NCBI GenBank assembly: GCA_965284675.1 | Contig: OZ260109.1 | Coordinates: 3,257,167 to 3,321,166, forward strand | Direction: 5' to 3' | DNA from: Flavobacterium sp. | GTDB lineage: Bacteria; Bacteroidota; Bacteroidia; Flavobacteriales; Flavobacteriaceae | DNA: 64,000 nt | Shown here: positions 1 through 9,268 of the stretch, piece after piece | Layout of the letters: each line of letters begins with the position of its first letter | How positions within the stretch are numbered: the stretch's first letter is position 1 | Made by a program: the position numbers and the translations under genes | The notes under the pieces: generated by a model | Seen by the model: only the letters and a program-made list of their open reading frames with translations | Told to the model about the DNA's origin: nothing | Databases searched by the model: none

Positions 1-1658
1 TTGCCCGATGAAAACAAACTCGAAGACGCGAAACTTCTACCCAAAACGTCGTTGGTTGTGGTCAAACTCGCTCCGATTTGTTCGACATCTCGACGATTTC
101 CGGCCGCGATGATGATGCGGTTTTTCTTGTCGACCATCCATTTTCCGGAGATTCCGTATTTGAATTTGTTGTCTTCAAATCCGTACGCCGTATATCCTTG
201 CACACGCCATAAATCGTTGCGTCCGAAATAGGTTCGTCCACCCACGCGAACGCGAACTCCTTCGACCTCGTTATAGCCGAATGTGGAAAATATGGGTCCG
301 TAATCAAACCCTTTAAATTCTACATAACCACTTCCCAAAATGGAGACCAGATTGTACAATTGCTTGAATTTCTTGACTGTCTTTAAGGTGTCGAGCATTT
401 TATAGATGCCTTCTTCGTCTTTATTAAGTTTTTCAAAACGATTCTCGTTCCAGTATTCGTTGGATCGGTCGTAGACTGAATTATCGATAAAATTGACTTC
501 TTCTTTGTAGAAATTATCGGGCTTTTCTTCGTTGAATTTATGATTTTTGATTAGAGTTGTACGTTTTCCGTACACACCTTTTGAGGTTTCTTTTTTCCGC
601 AGAGCGAAATCGGACATCATGTGATCGCGCGTTAAAAGAAACACTGAATCGTTCAGTACTTCAAATTCTTGGTCGATGTAAATTTCTTTCACCCAGTTGA
701 TGTTGGCACTTTTGGTCACGGCCATACTGATGTTTTTGATAGCAAAAGTGGTGTCATTTACCCAGAAATTTCCTTTGAACGTGAGTTCGTTTTTCCTTCT
801 TGGATAGAACAAAATGTTGTAGCACCATTTGTCGTCGATGAACGTACTGTCGGAAAGCACGTAATTGTACACATCGATTCCGGTTCGGGAAAGCGGACTC
901 GTAAAGGCTTTATCGAAAAAAGTAAGGTAATTATCGTAGATGTCGTATTCGTTGTATAAATCTTTGATAAAAGTGTTAACCATATCGCCATTTTCGAGTC
1001 CGGAGTTCCGATTCGCCGTTAAAATTTCTTTCGTTTTATTTTTGACATTATCGCCGTATACATTGGAAATCGCTTCGTTGATGAAGATTGGCAAATAGGT
1101 TTTACCCGTAACTTTCGAGGTATCGACTTGATTGAAGATAAATTCCATGCCTTTGAAAATTTTACTTTTCATAAAAGCGCTGTCGATGGTATTCATATCA
1201 AACTCGACTTTCTCGTATTTTTCGTATTGGTATTGGTTGAACATTTTGAGTCCGTTTTTTCGACGGCGTTCCCAAATTTTTCTCAAGATATCGAGTGCAG
1301 GATTATTTTTTTTGGAGGTTTTTCCGGTATAAACTACTACTTCTTTAAGTACTTCTTCTTCCGTAAGCACTACTTTTAATTCGTAAGTTACTTTTTTAGT
1401 CAACTCCACTTCTTTGGTTACAAATCCCATGAAAGAAACTTCCAAAGCCGTGTAATCTTTTTGAGATTCAAGGTAAAATCGGCCGTCTTCGTTACTTACG
1501 ATTCCTTCGCTGGAACCGAGAAAAATGACATTGGCGAACGGAATGGGTTCGTTTTTTTTATCAACTATGATTCCGCTTACTTTGGTTTGACCCAATGCTG
1601 TTTGGAATGTAACTAGTAAAAAAATAAATCTGAGAATAATGTTCTTGGTCATAATCAT
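1..1658 (-). CDS. DUF5686 / carboxypeptidase-like regulatory domain outer-membrane protein (partial, runs off left edge)
   Basis: Not in the ORF track because its stop lies outside the window. Manual translation from ATG 1658/1652: MTKNIILRFIFLLVTFQTALGQTKVSGIIVDKKNEPIPFANVIF...LKEVVV...NPALDILRKIWERR..., later FTSPLSRTGIDVYNYVLSDS...FYPRRKNELTFKGNFWVNDTTFAIK, as in the Bacteroidota DUF5686 family. Confidence 0.85.
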   Translation of the reverse strand, partial: MIMTKNIILRFIFLLVTFQTALGQTKVSGIIVDKKNEPIPFANVIFLGSSEGIVSNEDGRFYLESQKDYTALEVSFMGFVTKEVELTKKVTYELKVVLTEEEVLKEVVVYTGKTSKKNNPALDILRKIWERRRKNGLKMFNQYQYEKYEKVEFDMNTIDSAFMKSKIFKGMEFIFNQVDTSKVTGKTYLPIFINEAISNVYGDNVKNKTKEILTANRNSGLENGDMVNTFIKDLYNEYDIYDNYLTFFDKAFTSPLSRTGIDVYNYVLSDSTFIDDKWCYNILFYPRRKNELTFKGNFWVNDTTFAIKNISMAVTKSANINWVKEIYIDQEFEVLNDSVFLLTRDHMMSDFALRKKETSKGVYGKRTTLIKNHKFNEEKPDNFYKEEVNFIDNSVYDRSNEYWNENRFEKLNKDEEGIYKMLDTLKTVKKFKQLYNLVSILGSGYVEFKGFDYGPIFSTFGYNEVEGVRVRVGGRTYFGRNDLWRVQGYTAYGFEDNKFKYGISGKWMVDKKNRIIIAAGNRRDVEQIGASLTTTNDVLGRSFASSSLFSSG

Positions 1659-1662
1659 AAAT

Positions 1663-1690
1663 AAAAAAGCCACCTACTCGGGTAGATGGC
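1663..1690 (-). terminator. Intrinsic terminator after pdhB
   Basis: Minus strand GCCATCTAC-CCGA-GTAGGTGGC followed by TTTTTT. Confidence 0.8.
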
Positions 1691-1710
1691 ATCAAATATA
1701 GTAGTTTATC

Positions 1711-2688
1711 TTATTTGTAAAGAACTTTTTTTACCGCTTTAACAACATCTTGTGCATTTGGCAACCATTCTTTTAATAAGGTTGGCGAATACGGCGCTGG
1801 TGTATCGGCAGTAGTGATTCGTTGTACAGGCGCATCCAGGTAATCAAACGCTTTATCTTGCACCATATATGCGATTTCAGAAGCTACGCTAGCAAATGGC
1901 CACGCTTCTTCTAAAACCACTAATCGATTGGTTTTCTTCACTGAAGTGATGATGGCATCGTAATCCATTGGGCGAACCGTTCTCAAATCAATAATTTCAC
2001 ACGAAATGCCTTCTTTAGCTAATTCATCAGCGGCGATATATGCTTCTTTAATTATTTTTCCGAAAGAAACAATGGTAACATCTGTTCCTTCTCTTTTAAT
2101 GTCGGCAACGCCAAGTGGGATGATGTATTCTCCGTCGGGCACTTCACCTTTGTCTCCATACATTTGCTCGCTTTCCATAAAAATAACGGGGTCGTTATCA
2201 CGAATTGCGGCTTTCAATAAACCTTTTGCATCATACACTGTGGAAGGAACAACAACTTTTAAACCTGGTGTATTAGCAAACCAATTTTCAAAGGCTTGTG
2301 AGTGTGTTGCGCCTAATTGTCCGGCAGAAGCAGTAGGACCGCGAAATACCATTGGCATGGGAAATTGTCCAGCCGACATTTGACGCATTTTTGCTGCGTT
2401 GTTGATGATTTGGTCAATTCCGACCAATGAGAAGTTAAACGTCATGTATTCTACAATCGGACGACAACCGTTCATAGCAGAACCAACCGCGATTCCCGCA
2501 AAACCTAATTCAGCTATAGGCGTATCGATGACTCTTTTCGGTCCGAATTCGTCCAACATACCTTTCGAAGCTTTGTAAGCTCCGTTGTATTCGGCTACTT
2601 CTTCACCCATTAAATATACCGATTCGTCGCGACGCATTTCTTCACTCATCGCTTCAGCAATCGCTTCTCTAAATTGTATCGTTCTCAT
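1711..2688 (-). CDS. pdhB: Pyruvate dehydrogenase E1 beta subunit
   Basis: MRTIQFREAIAEAMSEEMRRD, GEEVAEYNGAYKASKG, VIDTPIAELGF and HSQ motifs of the transketolase-like E1 beta; -7 box TACTTTTG at 2721-2728. Confidence 0.95.
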   Translation of the reverse strand: MRTIQFREAIAEAMSEEMRRDESVYLMGEEVAEYNGAYKASKGMLDEFGPKRVIDTPIAELGFAGIAVGSAMNGCRPIVEYMTFNFSLVGIDQIINNAAKMRQMSAGQFPMPMVFRGPTASAGQLGATHSQAFENWFANTPGLKVVVPSTVYDAKGLLKAAIRDNDPVIFMESEQMYGDKGEVPDGEYIIPLGVADIKREGTDVTIVSFGKIIKEAYIAADELAKEGISCEIIDLRTVRPMDYDAIITSVKKTNRLVVLEEAWPFASVASEIAYMVQDKAFDYLDAPVQRITTADTPAPYSPTLLKEWLPNAQDVVKAVKKVLYK

Positions 2689-2833
2689 ATATAAATTTCT
2701 TTGTATCTATTTTGGATAGCAAAAGTAAAAATTAAAAACGATAAAAATATTTTTTAGCGGGAATTTATACTTTGTTTGGATAAAAAAGGAGGTTTGTTTT
2801 TAACGAAAACGATGTAAATTCAACTGGAGGATT

Positions 2834-3778
2834 TTACTCAAAAAAATACTCTAAACTAAATCGTGTAAAAAGCGTTCCCGAATTGTAGGTTTTATAATCG
2901 CTAATTTTAGTATAATTTGCATCAAATGGCGTATTTTCAATTTCAAAAGTTATTGTTCCATCGCCAAAAGTAGTAGTATGCGTTTCCATAGTATTTGGAG
3001 TAATATTTCTCGCGTTAATGTTATTGACTGCATCGGTTTGCAAATGGTATAACATCATTAATGTTTTTCGACCGTAGGTAGCTTCGTTGACCATAGCTAG
3101 CGGATTTATTTGATTTGTATACGTATAGTTTGTGATCGGATTTATAAAAGTTGTTCCGCTTGAAAGCGCAACAATATATTGTTCATTTGTAACATTATTA
3201 TTTGCATCATACGTAGTTACAATGCGGTCGATACCCGTACTTGTTGTGTTATGATCTTCAAAAAAAGTGCGATTATTGTTTTGATCCAACACTATTTTTA
3301 AATTGGTTACAGTGGAATAGCTTACACCTCCATCGGTACTCCGATTCCATTGTGAAAAAATAGTATCGGCTGTATGTGTAAATGTATGCTTGGTAATGTT
3401 TGTAATTTGATTGGAAGCATTGTAGGAATCTTGCCTCAATTCAATCAAATCATTATTGGAATTGTATATATAATTTGATTGTGTAGTCATGTTGCCATTT
3501 GAAAAACCTGAAATGGTTGCTAGTCTACCATTGGAATAAGCATAAGATGTAGTGGCCGTTTGTGAAGTTGCAATGACTGTCGATACGGAGCTTACTATTT
3601 TATTTTCCTCTAATTCGTACTCAATGGTTCGAATAACATTTCCAGAGAGATCATAATTTCTCTGAATGAAATTCGTAATAGCGGTCTGATTGTCGGGAAT
3701 TAGAATAACTTCATCATCGTTACATGAAGAGAATAAAAGCGACATTAATGCAACAAGGAAGTAATTTTTTGTTTTCAT
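2834..3778 (-). CDS. Hypothetical surface lipoprotein with YD/RHS-like beta-hairpin repeats
   Basis: Lipobox LLFSSC followed by acidic NDDE; repeated Y-x-Y-x(2-3)-N/G motifs (YEYELEENK, YAYSNGRL, YIYNSNND, TYDANNN). Confidence 0.65.
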   Translation of the reverse strand: MKTKNYFLVALMSLLFSSCNDDEVILIPDNQTAITNFIQRNYDLSGNVIRTIEYELEENKIVSSVSTVIATSQTATTSYAYSNGRLATISGFSNGNMTTQSNYIYNSNNDLIELRQDSYNASNQITNITKHTFTHTADTIFSQWNRSTDGGVSYSTVTNLKIVLDQNNNRTFFEDHNTTSTGIDRIVTTYDANNNVTNEQYIVALSSGTTFINPITNYTYTNQINPLAMVNEATYGRKTLMMLYHLQTDAVNNINARNITPNTMETHTTTFGDGTITFEIENTPFDANYTKISDYKTYNSGTLFTRFSLEYFFE

Positions 3779-3809
3779 AAGGCAATTAATTATATAAGGT
3801 TATATTTCT

Positions 3810-3836
3810 ATAGACTCACTATTATGAAAAGGTTGC
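3810..3836 (-). promoter_or_regulatory. Putative ECF-sigma promoter of the lipoprotein gene
   Basis: Minus strand GCAACC-N15-GTCTAT about 30 nt upstream of ATG 3778; resembles the motif before the ECF gene at 48.8 kb. Confidence 0.5.
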
Positions 3837-4004
3837 CTGACTCACTAAAAATAATTCAACTGCTGCTGCTAAAAACTGAATTGTAATAAAAATGCTACAC
3901 TACTTTTTGACACAAGCAATGCAAAATAGTGTATCTTGCACTAGTAAATGAATTGATGTACACCATTTTACAACATCAGGAAACGTTAATTTAACTAAGT
4001 GTTC

Positions 4005-4898
4005 ATGAAGAAAATCGTCCTAGACCTCTATAAAATACTTCCGTTTAAAAAAGAGCTGTGCATTTTTATCAAAAAGTTTGGAACACCAAATAAAAAAATA
4101 TACCGAAAGCTTTATTTTGAAGGTGAATTCACTGTGCCAGTTGAAAGTGGTAAAAGTTTCAAAGTCAAAAATTATGAATACGTATACATAGAAAAATGCC
4201 TGTTTTGGAAAGGTATTTATGGCGAATGGGAGAAAAATTCATTACAAATCTGGTCAGCTTTGTCTAAGCAATCGGCCTATATTTTTGACGTAGGTGCTAA
4301 TACTGGTGTTTTTTCGTTGTTAGCAAAATGTGTCAATCCCGATTCAAAAGTCTATGCGTTTGAACCAGTGGAACGAATTTACCAAAAATTAAATCACAAT
4401 ATTAAACTGAATAACTACGACATTCAAAGTTCCAACCATGCCGTTTCAAACACCAATGGCGAAACTCTTTTTTACGATCACGAAACCAAACATCCTTTAA
4501 CAGCAAGTTTAAGAAATACTGATGTTGGAGAAAACAATTCCATTGTGGTTGCTAAAAAAATTGGGGTTACCACTCTTGATTCATTTATTGAAAACAACGC
4601 TATTCCGAGAGTCGATTTGGTTAAAATTGATGTAGAAACTTTTGAGGTGGAAGTTCTTGAAGGTTTTCAGGAAAACTTAAACAAGTACAAGCCTACCTTA
4701 TTAATCGAAGTCCTCAACGAAGAAGTCGCCAAGGGCATTTCCAAATTGATTGCCAACATAAATTATAACTTTTACAACATCAGTGAATCAAAAGGAATTA
4801 CGAAAGTAGATACCATCCACAAAAGTAGTTCGTACAATTATTTGATTTGCACTCCCGAAGTTTCGGAAAAAATTGGAATCCATCGATTTATATCATGA
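4005..4898 (+). CDS. FkbM family SAM-dependent methyltransferase
   Basis: IFDVGANTG, VYAFEP and LVKIDVETFEVEVLEG motifs; ATG 4005 preferred over GTG 3999. Confidence 0.9.
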   Translation: MKKIVLDLYKILPFKKELCIFIKKFGTPNKKIYRKLYFEGEFTVPVESGKSFKVKNYEYVYIEKCLFWKGIYGEWEKNSLQIWSALSKQSAYIFDVGANTGVFSLLAKCVNPDSKVYAFEPVERIYQKLNHNIKLNNYDIQSSNHAVSNTNGETLFYDHETKHPLTASLRNTDVGENNSIVVAKKIGVTTLDSFIENNAIPRVDLVKIDVETFEVEVLEGFQENLNKYKPTLLIEVLNEEVAKGISKLIANINYNFYNISESKGITKVDTIHKSSSYNYLICTPEVSEKIGIHRFIS

Positions 4899-5021
4899 GA
4901 GTAGTCTTTCTTAAAAAAAATTAATTTTTAAAAGCTGTACCGACTCAAACAAAAGTTAAACTTTTCAATTTCACTCCCATTATCTCTAGCGAAATCGATA
5001 TAATACTGCGTTTTTACAAAA

Positions 5022-5044
5022 AATTAGTATGCGTGCATATAATT
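5022..5044. promoter_or_regulatory. Palindromic putative operator upstream of etfBA
   Basis: AATTAG-TATGC-GT-GCATA-TAATT inverted repeat about 55 nt before the etfB start. Confidence 0.45.
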
Positions 5045-5099
5045 ATTCGAAATATATTTTATACTTTTACACTCAGAAAATTTTTTAATTCAAAATACA

Positions 5100-5846
5100 A
5101 TGAAAATATTAGTTTGCATCAGCCATGTACCTGATACTACTTCCAAAATCAACTTCGTGAACGGCGATTCTGAATTTGACACTAATGGTGTTCAATATGT
5201 AATCAACCCTAACGATGAATTCGGATTGACCAGAGCTGTTTGGTTTCAAGAGCAACAAGGCGCAAAAGTAACCGTGGTAAATGTGGGTGGAGCTGATACC
5301 GAACCAACCTTACGAAAAGCATTGGCTATTGGAGCGGACGAAGCCATTCGAGTAAATGCAACGCCAACGGACGGATTTTTTGTTGCCAAACAATTAGCCG
5401 AAGTCGTAAAAACAGGTGGTTATGATTTAGTGATTTGTGGAAAAGAATCGTTGGATTACAACGGCGGAATGGTTCCAGGAATGCTTGCAGGATTATTAGG
5501 ATTCAACTTTGTGAACTCGTGTACCGAACTTACTATCGATGGAACTTCTGCAAAAGCGGCACGTGAAATCGACGGTGGAAAAGAAATCATTTCGGCTTCT
5601 TTACCTTTAATTGTTGGTGGACAAAAAGGATTAGTAGAAGAAAAAGATTTGCGCATTCCAAACATGCGTGGCATCATGACGGCACGAACCAAAGCTTTAA
5701 CAGTTCTAGAGCCAGTAGCTTCTAACAACAATACTAAAGCGGTAAAATTTGAAAAGCCAGCTGCAAAATCGGCTGTGAAATTGTTTACTGCAGACGATAT
5801 CGATGGATTAATCAGCGCTTTACATAACGAAGCGAAAGTCATCTAA
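5100..5846 (+). CDS. etfB: Electron transfer flavoprotein beta subunit
   Basis: MKILVCISHVPDT, INPNDEFG, LRKALAIGAD, CGKESLDYNGGMV, RIPNMRGIM. Confidence 0.95.
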   Translation: MKILVCISHVPDTTSKINFVNGDSEFDTNGVQYVINPNDEFGLTRAVWFQEQQGAKVTVVNVGGADTEPTLRKALAIGADEAIRVNATPTDGFFVAKQLAEVVKTGGYDLVICGKESLDYNGGMVPGMLAGLLGFNFVNSCTELTIDGTSAKAAREIDGGKEIISASLPLIVGGQKGLVEEKDLRIPNMRGIMTARTKALTVLEPVASNNNTKAVKFEKPAAKSAVKLFTADDIDGLISALHNEAKVI

Positions 5847-5921
5847 AAATTATTATAAATTATAAATTCTGAATTTTAAATTAATTCAAAATTTGTAATT
5901 CAAAATTTAAAATAAAAAATT

Positions 5922-6890
5922 ATGTCATTATTAATATACGCAGAATCAGCCGATGGTAAATTCAAAAAAGTAGCTTTTGAATTAGCATCGTATGCGAAAA
6001 AAGTAGCTGAATCAATGGGAACAACGGTTACAGCCGTAACGGTAAATGCAACAAATGTATCTGATTTAGCCAATTACGGAGTAGATAAAGTATTGAAAGT
6101 AACCAACGACAAATTGGCCAACTTCAACGCCAAAGCCTATGCTGATGTAATCAAACAAGCCGCTCAAAAAGAAGGTGCAAAAGTAATTGTACTGTCATCT
6201 ACAACCGACAGTTTATACTTGGCACCACTAGTTGCTGTGGGATTGGATGCCGGATTTGCATCGAACGTAGTAGGCTTACCGCTTTCTACTGCCCCATTTC
6301 AAGTAAAAAGAACTGCTTTTTCGAATAAAGCATTCAACATTACTGAAATTTCAACTGATGTAAAAGTCGTTGCCATTGGTAAAAACTCATTTGGATTGGT
6401 CGAATCAGCTTCAACACTATCAGAAGAAGATTTTACTCCGAATTTAAACGATGCCGATTTCTCTGTTAAAGTAGAATCCGTAGAAAAAACAACTGGTAAA
6501 GTAACAATTGCCGATGCCGATGTTGTAGTTTCTGGTGGACGCGGATTAAAAGGTCCAGAAAATTGGGGCATGTTAGAAGAATTAGCATCTGTTCTTGGAG
6601 CGGCTACTGCTTGTTCTAAACCCGTTTCCGATTTAGGATGGCGCCCTCACAGTGAGCACGTAGGTCAAACCGGAAAACCGGTAGCAACCAATTTATACAT
6701 TGCCATTGGAATTTCAGGAGCGATTCAACACATCGCCGGAATCAACTCATCTAAAGTAAAAGTAGTCATCAATGCCGATGCGGAAGCACCATTTTTTAAG
6801 GTAGCTGACTACGGAATCGTAGGTGATGCCTTTGATATTGTGCCGCGTTTGACTCAGAAATTGAAAGAATTTAAAGCGCAAAATAGCTAA
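5922..6890 (+). CDS. etfA: Electron transfer flavoprotein alpha subunit
   Basis: ADVVVSGGRG, VGQTGK, YIAIGISGAIQHIAG, VINADAEAPFF FAD-binding motifs. Confidence 0.95.
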   Translation: MSLLIYAESADGKFKKVAFELASYAKKVAESMGTTVTAVTVNATNVSDLANYGVDKVLKVTNDKLANFNAKAYADVIKQAAQKEGAKVIVLSSTTDSLYLAPLVAVGLDAGFASNVVGLPLSTAPFQVKRTAFSNKAFNITEISTDVKVVAIGKNSFGLVESASTLSEEDFTPNLNDADFSVKVESVEKTTGKVTIADADVVVSGGRGLKGPENWGMLEELASVLGAATACSKPVSDLGWRPHSEHVGQTGKPVATNLYIAIGISGAIQHIAGINSSKVKVVINADAEAPFFKVADYGIVGDAFDIVPRLTQKLKEFKAQNS

Positions 6891-6913
6891 AAATAAAACT
6901 AACTCAAACTCGA

Positions 6914-6951
6914 TAAGCTGTCTAATTCACGTTAGGCAGCTTATTTTTTTT
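6914..6951 (+). terminator. Intrinsic terminator after etfA
   Basis: TAAGCTGTCTAA-loop-TTAGGCAGCTTA followed by a T tract. Confidence 0.85.
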
Positions 6952-7219
6952 ACGCTGAACTTGTTTCAGAGTCTCGTGACCCAAAGAGCAAAAATATATT
7001 TTGAGTTTGCATACAATCTTAAATAATAGTTTTTAGAAGCGAAACTTTTTTGTTACTTTGCAGTCGCAATTGTAGCTCTAGTTTCAAGAAGAGATTTCGA
7101 GCTAGGACGTAATCTGAATGATGTATCCTTCAGTATTTTAAGAAAAAAATGGAGCATGTAATACGATTTGTTCCAAGATAAATTAGTGACTTTGAGCCTT
7201 CGTGGCAAAAACAAAAAAT

Positions 7220-7852
7220 ATGAGTTTAGTAAAACTTACCATTAAAGGAATATCCTACAGTCAAACGCAAAATGGTGCCTATGCATTAATTTTAAATGAA
7301 GTTGACGGCGAACGAAAACTACCTATTGTTATTGGAGCTTTTGAAGCCCAATCGATTGCCATCGCTTTAGAAAAAGAAATCAAACCGCCACGTCCGTTAA
7401 CGCACGATTTGTTTAAAAGTTTTGCCGACCGATTTGATATTGTGGTGAAACAAGTCATCATTCACAAATTGGTTGACGGCGTTTTCTACTCGAGCATCAT
7501 TTGCGAAAGAGATAAAATCGAAGAAATAATCGACGCCCGAACTTCGGATGCGATTGCTTTGGCCTTGCGATTCAGCGCACCTATTTTCACCTACAAAAAC
7601 ATTTTAGACAAAGCGGGAATTTTCCTCAATCCGAATACACCCGAACTCGAAGGTCAAAATCCAGAAGACGATGATGATATTTTGTCAACACCCGAAACTT
7701 TTGGTTTAGAAAACGACGGAAGCGATTCCAACGACAGCTACAAAAAATTAAGTTTGGCCGAATTGCACGATTTATTAGAAGGCGCTGTTCAAGATGAAGA
7801 TTACGAAAAAGCGGCTAAAATTAGAGATGAAATTTCAAAGAGAGAGTCTTAA
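7220..7852 (+). CDS. Bifunctional nuclease (DUF151) with C-terminal UVR domain
   Basis: LPIVIGAFEAQSIA, RPLTHDL, DARTSDAIALALR and C-terminal AVQDEDYEKAAKIRDEI; ATG at 7220. Confidence 0.9.
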   Translation: MSLVKLTIKGISYSQTQNGAYALILNEVDGERKLPIVIGAFEAQSIAIALEKEIKPPRPLTHDLFKSFADRFDIVVKQVIIHKLVDGVFYSSIICERDKIEEIIDARTSDAIALALRFSAPIFTYKNILDKAGIFLNPNTPELEGQNPEDDDDILSTPETFGLENDGSDSNDSYKKLSLAELHDLLEGAVQDEDYEKAAKIRDEISKRES

Positions 7853-7931
7853 AAATTATTTTAAATTTTGAATTATAAATTTTAAATGGTTTTAATTCAA
7901 AATTTATAATTTAAAATTCATAATAATACCC

Positions 7932-8756
7932 ATGAAGCAATACCACGATTTAGTAAAGCAAGTTTTAGAAAACGGAACTCAAAAAGGCGACCGAACCGGA
8001 ACCGGAACCAAAAGTGTTTTTGGCTACCAAATGCGATTTGATTTAGCGGAAGGCTTTCCGATGGTAACCACCAAAAAATTACATTTAAAATCAATTATTT
8101 ACGAACTACTTTGGTTTTTAAAAGGCGATACTAACATTGATTATTTAAAAGAGAATGGTGTAAAAATCTGGGACGAATGGGCCGATGAAAATGGCGATTT
8201 AGGTCCGGTTTACGGACATCAATGGCGCAATTGGAACAGCGAAGAAATCGATCAAATTGCCGAATTAATTGATACGTTAAAGAAAAACCCAAACAGCCGT
8301 CGCATGCTGGTTTCGGCTTGGAATCCATCGGTTTTACCCGACACTTCTAAATCATTTTCAGAAAATGTAGCCAACGGAAAAGCAGCTTTGCCTCCGTGTC
8401 ACGCGTTCTTTCAATTTTATGTAGCCGACGGAAAATTGTCGTGTCAGTTGTACCAACGCAGCGCTGATATCTTTTTAGGTGTTCCTTTCAATATTGCTTC
8501 CTATGCTTTGTTTACAATGATGATTGCACAAGTATGCGATTTACAAGTAGGTGAATTCATTCACACTTTTGGCGATGCGCACATCTACAACAATCATTTT
8601 GAACAAGTGGAATTGCAACTATCACGCGAACCGAAACCGTTACCGAAAATGATTTTAAATCCAAGTATAAAAAACATTTTCGATTTTACGTTTGATGATT
8701 TTACTTTGGAGGGTTATGAACCACATCCGCATATTAAAGGAATCGTGGCAGTATAA
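7932..8756 (+). CDS. thyA: Thymidylate synthase
   Basis: [47 protein letters not shown]. Confidence 0.97.
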   Translation: MKQYHDLVKQVLENGTQKGDRTGTGTKSVFGYQMRFDLAEGFPMVTTKKLHLKSIIYELLWFLKGDTNIDYLKENGVKIWDEWADENGDLGPVYGHQWRNWNSEEIDQIAELIDTLKKNPNSRRMLVSAWNPSVLPDTSKSFSENVANGKAALPPCHAFFQFYVADGKLSCQLYQRSADIFLGVPFNIASYALFTMMIAQVCDLQVGEFIHTFGDAHIYNNHFEQVELQLSREPKPLPKMILNPSIKNIFDFTFDDFTLEGYEPHPHIKGIVAV

Positions 8757-8793
8757 TTTTTAATTCGTAATTTGTAATTCTTAATTATTTAAT

Positions 8794-8857
8794 TACCTTT
8801 GCACACGAATTAGGATAATCCTTTTTCATACATAATAATCATTTAAATAATATTGGA
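8794..8857 (+). promoter_or_regulatory. rpsO promoter (-7 box TACCTTTG) and leader
   Basis: Bacteroidota TAnnTTTG box at 8794-8801; small AGGA-TAA-TCCT hairpin in the leader. Confidence 0.6.
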
Positions 8858-9127
8858 ATGTATTTAACTAAAGAAACAAAAGCTGAAATCTTCGCTAAAC
8901 ACGGAGGAAAAGCTGAAAACACAGGTTCTACAGAAGGTCAAGTAGCACTTTTCACTTTTAGAATCTCTCACCTAACCGAGCACTTGAAAAAAAATCGTCA
9001 CGATTATAACACGGAGCGTTCATTAGTACTTTTAGTAGGTAAAAGAAGAAGTCTTTTAGATTACTTAAAGAAAAAAGATGTTGTAAAATATCGTGAGTTA
9101 ATTAAAGAATTAGGTATTAGAAAGTAA
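8858..9127 (+). CDS. rpsO: 30S ribosomal protein S15
   Basis: NTGSTEGQVALFT, HLKKNRHD, SLVLLVGKRRSLLDYL. Confidence 0.97.
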   Translation: MYLTKETKAEIFAKHGGKAENTGSTEGQVALFTFRISHLTEHLKKNRHDYNTERSLVLLVGKRRSLLDYLKKKDVVKYRELIKELGIRK

Positions 9128-9137
9128 TACAAAATTT

Positions 9138-9164
9138 AAGAGGTGCTTTTGCGCCTCTTTTTTT
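9138..9164 (+). terminator. Terminator/attenuator between rpsO and pnp
   Basis: AAGAGGTGC-TTTT-GCGCCTCTT followed by a T tract. Confidence 0.8.
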
Positions 9165-9268
9165 TAGCGTTTATAATAGAAAAAGTTGGTTTTTCATTGG
9201 GTTTTAGGCATTAACTACGCAACAACAACACAACTACAACCCATGTTTAACTTAGAGAATTAAATTTT

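Noticed and set aside
1-1379. Small ORF-track entries at the left end
   Set aside because: They are shadow or alternative-frame ORFs over the long minus-strand DUF5686 gene.
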